Positions 52,505-64,000 of a stretch of DNA of 64,000 bases are shown here, in pieces (the first letter of the stretch is position 1; every line of letters starts with the position of its first letter). Under the pieces are notes generated by a model. The model had not been told where the DNA came from and made no database searches. It saw nothing but the letters and a program-made list of their open reading frames with translations. The DNA comes from Trichoplax sp. H2 (lineage: Eukaryota), in the NCBI GenBank assembly GCA_003344405.1, contig NOWV01000032.1:310001-374000 (forward strand), written 5' to 3'. The position numbers were made by a program, and so were the translations under genes.

Positions 52505-53919
52505 TTTCCAGACCTGTATTTGATCTTTGGTATCTAAATTTTAGTTATGATTCAATTGATTAATCAGTTGTAACACTTAGAGTATCTTTTTCTACTATTG
52601 TGAATCCCATATTAGTACAGGTAGATGAATTTTAAAGGCTAAACTTTATTTATCTAATTAATATTGATTCTCTTAAATTTAATTCTTACTTGCATATCTG
52701 TACAACTCTTATGTACGTATTGCATTGATACGAATCGCATTTTCTCTGTCATGGCAAGCTGATTATGATGGACAGTTTATGTTTGACCATAGTTATATTA
52801 TGCCTGTTTATTAGAGCCATGGAATTTGTACCTTCGTTTAATAAAGTTAATAAAGCGTTACTTGACACTATTACAAATCCACCACATATGAGTTTCATTC
52901 TTACTGTATGGTATGATGTAATGCGCAGTGCTCTATATCTTCTATTAAAGCGGTATAACAAATACACTAAACAAATTCCTTCCAATCAACAAGTTATGAA
53001 TTAAGCAACAATATCAATAAATATTTAATGTCACTCTAGATGAACTGAGCTAAAGGTTAGCAGATACACTCGCATTGGGCTAATACTGTTCTCGTGCGAT
53101 AGCTCACAAGTTAAGTTATAATTAATCTATGAAGCCGATTACTTTAAAAAGATCAAGATATAGACGACTTTTTTTCGATTGAGTCAGGTTGATTCCTGTC
53201 TTTACATCCTGTTGTATTCCATTATTAATATCCTTGGTCAAATATGGTACGGTACTACGTACGTACTAACTTAATGCACTAATAGCAATTGACAAAAGAT
53301 CACTAAACAGTGACGTTTGAGCAAAAGTGTTTCAGCGGTTGATGCATTATGACTACTATTGGATTTTATTTTAGCAATATGGAGAAGCATAAGATTAGGC
53401 AAAGGGTACTCTAAATAGTTAAATTCTTCGCTGCTAAAAGATATGTTTACTTAAAGATGCCAAGTTGTAGCTAGCTTATTGTACCCTTATATTGTATAAG
53501 TCATATATTACTGAAGGACATGAATTTGCAACACAGGTTTGACACATGCATATGCATTTACTAAAAGTTTGTACACTACAGTACAGTATTATATGGTACG
53601 TATTAATTACAAATTTAATAAACTCTTTCGACAAAAACTGATGAATCTTAATATTATTTAAATCTATTTAACGGTGAATGAGCTTCATAGTTTGTAAGTT
53701 CAGCGACTAATGCTAAATGAAAATATCTAACTTTTAATTAAGCCAGTATGCTTAACTGATCTAGTCTGTTATATATCGACTTCTAGTGATGCATTACTGT
53801 GCTTTGTATCATTAACATAAATACTGCACCATATATTCAAGCAATATGAAAATAGAGAATTTAGTAACCGGTAATAATTATATAATTGAAAGGGTCGTAA
53901 ATTAGTATGGGTAACTGCC

Positions 53920-54032
53920 GTAATACTGTACAGTACAGAACTGTAGAGTCCATAGTATCGTAGCTGTTCACTAATATCATACTGTACTGTACAGTACAGC
54001 ATACTGTGCACTGTACAGTACACTACAGTACA
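53920..54032. repeat. TACAG/CTGTA array with no identified gene start
   Basis: Contains atactgtactgtacagtacagcatactgtgcactgtacagtacactacagtac. Confidence 0.82.
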
Positions 54033-54599
54033 ATCCTACCCATCTTACCCACCCTCGCTTGAAACGAGCGGCACGGGGGTATTTATACTACTGTTAGATG
54101 ACTCTGATTATGGGTTCATTTCAATAGGTCAGTATAAGATTCTTACAGTACTTTTTACCTCAACATTTCTTCATGTAAAACGAATATCTCTAAGGTAGTC
54201 ATTTCTACAGAGTACTGATTTTTGAAATAGTATTCGTTATATCGCTAAGGGTGGCCACTGGGCCTTTCAATTTTGATTTGATTTAATGCTCTGATGAAAA
54301 TTGAATAAACATAGAATCGTTATAGAGTTTTCTACTCAGCCATTTTGATTGTTACATTTTTCTTATAACGGTTGTTATCGACAGAGCAAGCTTTGCTTGC
54401 ATACCCAAGCGATCCTTAGACACATTATAATGATTGGTATAGAATTGACCACAGTACTAAGGGCATTGTACCACACTGTAGATATCTTACAGTACCTGCT
54501 AATCTTAACTTGGTATGTCCATCACCGTACATTAGTTATCATAATGCGCTTTGGATTATTAAGTAATCTTAATATAGCATAGTACTGTACAGTACATTA

Positions 54600-55156
54600 C
54601 TATTACCGGGATATATATAATATCGAATGATAATACTATCTGTTAATTTTATTAACAAATTGAGCATAAACGTATATTTGACAGTTTCGCTTACCAATCT
54701 TAACATAGCATTAATACTGTATATAGTAACCATGCTTATTCGGTAAACATACTAATACGAAAGTTACTTAAGGAAATTAAGGAAATTTGAATTGGTATAT
54801 AAATGAATGATCTCTAGGGTTTCTGTAAATATTATTGAGAAGGTATAAGTGATTGATACACATTAGTAGGTACTATGAGTTCTATTGCTCTCATGCATTT
54901 CGTAGTGTTACCCTACTGTAGTTCCCCTGTCCCGGTTATTTTTTGATTACTATATATCATATAACAAAAAGTGTTTCTAAGAGGATAATGTCAGTTAGTC
55001 AGCGATCTGATAGGCGAAAGCGAAGTGAATAATGTGGAAATGCACGATCAGTACGTACATTAAATCAATCTGTTTGAAATATAGTAGTACCCGGCTATTA
55101 CCGGGATATGTATAATGTCGAATGGTAATACTATCTGTTAATTATTATTAATAAAT
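54600..55156 (+). repeat. About 60 bp diverged direct repeat pair
   Basis: 54600-54660 ctattaccgggatatatataatatcgaatgataatactatctgttaatt versus 55095-55156 ctattaccgggatatgtataatgtcgaatggtaatactatctgttaatt. Confidence 0.85.
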
Positions 55157-56506
55157 GGGTACATTATCGTAAACCGTCAGCAAAGCGACGGGAGTTTGGA
55201 CTAGTATGGTATGAAACGTCTCAATCTTTCGCTTTAACTTTGCGATCAGGTCGCAACTGAACATTTAAAGGTCATGCGCAAAAGCTAGATGTTTAACCTA
55301 AACCAAGGTCATTCTTTATTGTAGTTTGGTACTGTAGCACAGTACTGTACAGTACAGTAGAGTATACGAATGTAATCATTTGAAGTAAATTCGTGAAATT
55401 TGCGTAAAACATTTTCAGTTTACACATACTGTCCTGTGGATTAAAACGATACTTGTTATTACCAATTCCGTGTTCAAGGGAAGTGCACGTTAGAAAGCAA
55501 AGCAGATAATATATATATTCTTCTCCAGTTTTTTCTTTTTATTTTTTTTTTGACATTTTTATCCCTTACTATATCAGGGTGCTAGCACAAGTAATTCTTT
55601 GAAGCGAGATCAACCGTACTTAGTACAAGTGAATTACTGTTTGTGAATTTTGAGAAATTACATCGACACAATTCTCACGAGAACTTTCTCCTGTTTCGAT
55701 TATCTTACGGTTAATACCAACAGAAAATTGGTAAGGCTACGTGATGCTCGTAAAAGCCTATTAACGCAGCCGCATACGAAAACAACTGGTACTTTCAAGA
55801 CGCAATAAGTGTCCGGTACTTCTTCTAAAGGATAGTATTTACATAACATGAATACGTAGAATATGCCCTCACAGGAATGAGGGCTCACAATTAGTATTGA
55901 TTATTACAGACAAGGGTCCAAATGAAAGCTGAATGCTAGTAATTATCTAAGTAGAGAAATAACTTGTGCAGTATATCGTGCGTAACCATAAGTTGTTAAT
56001 TATGGGTATGATTTGCCTATCGAAGTATTGTACAGAATGGCAATTACCGATTAGAACTTTTTATATTACGTTAATAGGTAATAAATCGTACTGTAAAAGA
56101 AGAGAACCTTTTCTGAAAATTAAAAAATACCTGAGTAAGCATATAGTTACTGAAGAATCCCTTGATATAATGATAAGAAGCGAGGCTAATTAGAGGTTAT
56201 ACATGTTTACAGTAGTTTGTATACTGTAGCATATAATAACAGGGACAAAATTATCTTACGTTTCCGAACAAAAAAGGCAACACTAAGTTCATGTGAAAAC
56301 TAATTTTACAGGAGAACAACTTAGGTCACAGCAGATTATGATACGAAATATCGATATATTGATACTGTACGCGAATTAAAGTGGCTTACTTTCAGCCTAC
56401 GGGAATCATACATCTAGTACTGTATTAGGATAGCAAGTGCAGATCCTAGGAACTTTTCTTATAGCGCTAGTTATTTCCGCGCCAGTTAAACTCTACTCTC
56501 AACGTA

Positions 56507-58063
<1,557 letters not shown>

Positions 58064-58329
58064 TTAGTCAATCACCATGAAATAAAATTTGATGGCCACA
58101 GTTGAGTTAAAAACACAACAAAGACGAAAAAAACCACGTCAACATAGGGAGTGGGTACAGACCGAACGGAACTGATATCGGGCGCGACGTTTTCACGTGA
58201 CTACGGTAATTAGTAATCATTGGCTGAAGATCATGGACAAATCGTTATGAGTGTGCGCAGTAATATTTCATGCGCAATGGCAGATTGCTACTGTACGGTA
58301 CAAGTCATGCAACTTTGCCCTTTGATGTC

Positions 58330-59232
58330 TAGTCCATGCTACGGCGGTGCACTCTGTACATTGAGTACACTCAGTGTAGAATGGTACAGTACAGTATAAT
58401 AGGACTTTTCATGGCTTTTCATCACGTAGTAGACTCTAAACTGTACACAACTATTACTATGGACTACTGTACTAGAAGAATACCTGGACTTAGACCAGAT
58501 CGATTTTTAATTGATGTTTCAGAGTACAGCCAAAATCTTAATTAAATTAGCTGAAACTTTGTACTCCGGATTCCGGAGTATATATATATATAAGTTCTAG
58601 TAAGTAAATGCCATCGTTTGAGACGTTTCAGCGGTAAAAATCTGAAGAGTCTACTGTAGTTCCCATTTTAACAGACCAGGCCATGAAGACCTGTCAATAG
58701 ATAAAACCTTATTTACAATTCACTGTGGTGTAGTGAATTGAACTCGGATCTAGTGGGGTTACAATACACTACTGTGGTGTTGACGTGTTGTCCGTTTTGA
58801 GCCACTGCAGTTTGTACTGTGCTATACTGTACTGTACAGTACAGTGTATAGTACAGTACAATACTGTACAGTAGTACAGTAAAATGAGTACTGTACTGTA
58901 CAGTACATGCAGTAGCAGTTGTACAGTACTGTACTGTATATTTGTGTAGCCGTTAATACTGTATACTGTACAGTACAGTACAGTACCTACAAAGTGTCTC
59001 ATACGGTACTGTACTATAAGTCTTTCCGTACACACGTACTGTACAGTGTACACTGTACAGTACAGTAGCAGGAACTTCAGGACTAATGGTTTTATTCCCC
59101 TGACGGTAGTATTATTTATTTATTATGGTATTTACAGTACTGTACAGTACAGACCTGTAGTGTACAGTACTGTACAGTACAGTACATTTACAGTAGTTGT
59201 ACTGTACTGAGTGTACTGTACTGTATACTGTA
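58330..59232. repeat. TACAG/CTGTA pentamer array in the UBALD-FDXR bidirectional promoter
   Basis: Very dense from 58810 to 59232 (for example tactgtacagtacagtacatttacagtagttgtactgtactgagtgtactgtactgtatactgta), between divergent ATGs at 58021 and 59377. Confidence 0.92.
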
Positions 59233-59376
59233 TGTCAATAGACAGCCAGACAGAACTTTCCATAAGAAGATGCTGAAGTGCTAGAAGTCCCTGATACAGG
59301 TTGCTTCAGTAGGTTGACAGGCTCGTTGTTAAAGATAATAATAATATTGTCATTCATTCGGGTATTGAATAAAGAA

Positions 59377-62300
59377 ATGACGAGTTTACCAAATATGCTT
59401 GGGAGATATGTTAATAATCTCAATAAAAGAACTCACCGGTTCAGCAATTTCAGCCGTACATATAAGATCTGCGTTGTTGGCAGCGGACCGGGCGCATTCT
59501 ATACTGCTCAGGAATTACTGAAGGTTGGTTTCTGAGATCAATACCGAGCGCGTGGATTATACAGCAGATGAATAATATACGTGTACATTTGCGTACATAC
59601 AGTATTGTCGAATAATACTGTACTGTAAATATGTCCAATTAAGTGTTTAAATCATTTTATTTTTAATAATGCAATACAGTAGCACGCGTAGTTGTGTAAT
59701 CTACTCACTGAATTTACACCTACCTGTTCGACGTCAGATTTAACTGTATTGCACTTTAAGCTACAGCTGTTCAGTAAATCACGATCGACTATACTTTGTT
59801 TTTCGATGCTATGGACACATCTTAAATAGAGAAGCGGAGCTGAAATCGATATTTTTGAGCGATTGCCTGTACCATTTGGGCTTGTTCGATACGGCGTAGC
59901 TCCTGATCATCCTGAAGTCAAGGTAAATGGTAAATACGAAAAACGCGAATACAGTTAAAAAAATTTTTTAGTAGCCCTGTTATAATGACAGATTAGAACG
60001 GCGGTATTCGAAAAAGTTAAAGCTGCATCTATGGAATTCGATTGTTAAAAATAAAATTTTTACTACCTTGATCTGAATACTGTAGCGTAATAACATTAGT
60101 GTGATTCGGTTGCAGTTCACTTGCAGACCTATTTAAGGTACTTGTACAGTATGAATTCGTATACGTATAAACTGTAGACATATTTACGACGTATATTTCG
60201 TACAATGATTACTCGCATATATCGTACATGGCAAAATGTAATCATGGTCTTATTTCTGGAGTGTGTACTGTAGATCTTTTTACCCATATTTATGCTATTA
60301 AGAAATTATTTAAGAAATTATTTAATACCAAAATATCGGTTTTATATAAAATTAAATGTATTTTTCTGGAAAACAATTAATAGAATGAATTTCCTTAAAT
60401 AGAACTGCATAAATGGCTTTACTAGTCTGATGCAAACACGTCGATGCCGTTTTTACGGAAACGTTAACGTTGGAAAGGATATTTCTGTTGAGCAGCTAAG
60501 ATCAGCTTACAATGGAGTCGTACTGGTAATTATTTAATTTGCCATTACTAGGTCTTAGTTTTAGCTTAAAAAGCCTTATGCTAAGGTATTATGACAGTAT
60601 ATCAGTACATTATTATGCAGAAAGTGGTCTTTCTTTCACGTATGTATCGATTTATATCCTGCATAAATTCACTATGGACGTCTGATTTGCTAATATTGAG
60701 CAAATATAGCTCGAATACTATTTCACAATCAGTTACTGCAGTATTGTATGTTTTAAATTGCTGATATTGCTGCGTAATCACAGGTACAGTACGTTATGTA
60801 GTGAGATTCGATTATTGTTATAATTAATCATATATAATCGACTAAAAAGTTAATATTATATTTAATTTACCTCTAATAGTAAACTAGAACAATCACAGTC
60901 ACAAAAAATCGCAACAAGATTTCATTTTTATGCGTTGTTTCCAGACAGTTAATTGGTATTGCGTTTTGGACTGGTTCTCTTACTATACTGTGGAGTAATG
61001 GAGATCATGGACTACTAAATAAATACCGGTAGTCTATGCCGAGATAAAAGTACTGTCAGTTGATGCTACGTCTCGTAGGCGACAGCTCTAATTATACTAT
61101 GATTATTGATCACTTTTAAAAATTAGTAACCTTATAATAACTAAATTGTACCAGTTGTTTTACACTATTATCACAATTTGCCAAATAAAGCACTGAAATA
61201 TACTGCACCATAGTCTGTGGTACTATACAGTGTTCTACACTTTCATTGCTAATGGCTGTACTGCGTGTAAACAATATCAAAAATCTTCAGATACTTGATG
61301 GAAAAACCCTGCGGTTAAACGCGAATGTGCTATCTGTGATGATCTTGATTATTGCGTGACCACCCAGGCTTATGTATGCTTAGAGTAGTTCTGTTTTCTA
61401 ATTCATGTATTTTAGGCATACGGAGCTGAAAATAATCGCAAACTGGGCATACCGGGAGAGGTACTGTCATTTCTGAAGATTGATATTACTAAATATCATG
61501 AATTCATGATAATCGTAACAAAAGGAATTACTAAATAGTTTGTAAGGATGTCAGTATCTTATAATTATGTTTATCAAGGATATTTCTGGTTGCTATGCCG
61601 CCCGGGAATTTGTTGGCTGGTACAATGGAATACCGAGTATGGCTGGCGTACGTACTAATGTAGACTTTTGTAATACTGCTAGCGAGATCCTTGATTCATT
61701 CTTCATAAATGTATTTAATAATGTGGAATTTATAGTAACTGCAATAGCGCTCATATATTTAATATTTTATGACTACAGTTGAAACCTGACCTAAGTTGCG
61801 AGAATGTAGTAATATTTGGACACGGAAATGTTGCGTTAGATGTCGCGAGGATGTTACTGTCTCCGGTAGCTGTATTGGAGGTATACAAACATATGCATAC
61901 AAACATACTCATATTCATATTGATAGATATCTAACGTGCGTTATTTCAATTTTTCATTTTGTGATTAAATTTTAATGGATATTATTGAAGAAAACGGATA
62001 TATCTGGAGCTGCTCTAGAGACGTTAATAAATAGTAAGATAAGAAATGTATATATCATCGGACGTAGAGGACCGTTACAGGTTTGTAAGAGAGATATATA
62101 CTCATGATTTATAGTAATAAAGTATTATAATGCGTTTGTCTTCATGTTAATGTATTCCTGATTTTCAATCCTCTACGTTGTGCATTCGATGAAAGACTGC
62201 GTTCACCATCAAAGAATTTAGAGAGTTAACAAAGCTACCAAATTGTCATGGGCACTTAGATAAAAATGTATTTACTGATCTAAATAGCATTATTCCAGGT

Positions 62301-63423
62301 AAAGTTTAGCTAGTAAAATATTTATACATTGTTGAGGTTCTACCTCTTCATTCAGTAATACTTTGCTTTTGTGCTGACCTAGATCTAGCAAGGCCTCGTA
62401 GAAGGTTAACTGAATTAATGATGAAAACAGCTCTGTACGTTCGAAAACAAACGAATTTCCTATTAACTTAAAAGAGATTTATGATAGAAGTAGTGATTCT
62501 TTGCTATAAGATATCATTTGCGCATATTACTATATGTAGCTCTGAAAAAACAGCTGAATTATGTCAACAAACTGGTTCACAGCACTGGCACATGAAATTC
62601 AATAGAAGTCCTACGGAAGTGCTATCATCGCCGAATTGCAGAAGAGTTAGTGGGATTCGGATGGAAATAAATAAATTAGAGGTTTGTTAACAGTAATAGC
62701 ATTCTAGGGTCTTGCATAATTGGTCAGTCATATCATGAATGTACTCTTAAAATATAGAAAACTTCTGAAGCCGTCCGAGCAGTCGGATCAGGAAAATTTG
62801 AAAACCTTGCTTGTGGTTTGGTAGGCTGTGATTTTAGTCTTTTCTATAGTAGGTATAATCTTACAGTTCCTGTATAATTTCAATTGTAGGTTATTTCGAG
62901 TATTGGCTATAAGAGCATCGCTATAGACGAAAATGTTCCGTTCGATGCGGTCACAGGAATAATACCTAATGTAAAAGGGCGCGTTATTAGCAAAAGTAAT
63001 TGGGCTACATTTTGAAGATATGATATGTCTTGTTATTATCATTTTAATGTCAAATATCTGTATACATTATATAGGTAGTCTAACTAAACAGGACCAATTC
63101 GTTAAAGGTGCGTGCGTAATCACTGTTTATAACATTAAGTGTCAGTTAGTTAGTAGAATGATATATTTTCTAGTCTGATACGAATAGATTCAATTTTTGC
63201 ATTCTCGTTTATTATATGGCTATTTTTACATTGGTTTTGTAGTAGATAAAACATAGACTTGAAAATAGTATAAAATCTATCATATAATAATTATGGAGCA
63301 TTTCTAATTATGAAGGACTTTACTGTAGTGGATGGGTTAAGCGTGGCCCTATTGGAGTAATTGCTAGTACTATGAAGGACGCTTTTGAGACTGCTGAAAT
63401 GATTTCGGAAGACATGAAGCAAG
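59377..63423 (+). CDS. FDXR: Mitochondrial NADPH:adrenodoxin oxidoreductase (ferredoxin reductase), 3' end beyond the window
   Basis: Basic presequence, then [109 protein letters not shown] and [20 protein letters not shown] across at least 14 GT-AG exons. Confidence 0.96.
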
Positions 63424-64000
63424 GTACAATGACTACCGGAAAGATATCATAGGTTTAGCCCATCATAAATTTTCTTTACGCTGACGTTTGCTCATGGCTT
63501 TAAAGACCTTCGAATTTACGGCCTTGCTGTGTGATTTTAAGATATCCGACGGTCAATGCAGTTATCAGTGCATCGAAATTGTAAACAAATTGTTAATGAT
63601 CTATTCCATATCGATTATCTTAATATTATTTTATTTATTTATTTCATTTATTGTTATCATCTTTATTATATGGAGAAATGTAAGATTCGTTTCGAATCTC
63701 TGTAAGTCCCTAGTATGCTAATTAGTTATGTAATTCAGCGACACATGGTTAATTTATTGCCTTGTAATTATAAAAGGCTTTTTGTATGACTTATTAATGT
63801 ACTACCATTACTGTAACTTATTATTTAATTACATACGATTGCAGTTTTCTTTTAACGCAGAAATAGAGAAACACTCAATTGGCTTACATAATATCACTTT
63901 CTTAGCTTCTATATGGGACATGCATCATATCGCAAATGTATTCATCTATTATTCTTTGAACTAAACATTTGCAAATGGCATCGTATTTATTATAGATAAT

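Noticed and set aside
52749..53004. Overlapping 78-79 aa ORFs on both strands
   Set aside because: No recognisable motif or splice partners. Probably 3' UTR or intergenic sequence.
55005..55030. Hammerhead-like CTGATAG-GC-GAAA-GC-GAAG
   Set aside because: The core deviates from CUGANGA and GAAA, and no flanking stems I and III are evident.

Overview
AT-rich eukaryotic (animal) genomic DNA with short GT-AG introns and one 20-N assembly gap. Compact genes, an intronless divergent GPCR and the overall composition suggest a non-bilaterian animal, probably a placozoan such as Trichoplax (inference). I assembled eight protein-coding genes by hand from splice sites and recognisable motifs: the 3' end of an ependymin-related gene (+), an intronless class A GPCR (+), STK19 (-) head-to-head with MGRN1/RNF157 (+), a TEX47/MOT7/DYBLUP-family ciliary gene (-), a 14 kb SRCR/EGF/SEA single-pass receptor gene (+), and UBALD1/2 (-) head-to-head with FDXR (+, runs off the window). 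The main unexplained signals are: (1) palindromic TACAG/CTGTA pentamer arrays filling both bidirectional promoters, with orphan copies elsewhere; (2) a probable U12-type intron with GT-AT ends in TEX47; (3) the receptor's domain architecture and its rewired SRCR cysteine pattern; (4) a 3 x 41 bp self-complementary intronic array; (5) a diverged inverted duplication with a codon-like substitution pattern. No rRNA, tRNA, CRISPR array or intact transposase was found. Gene identities rest on remembered family motifs, not on database searches.
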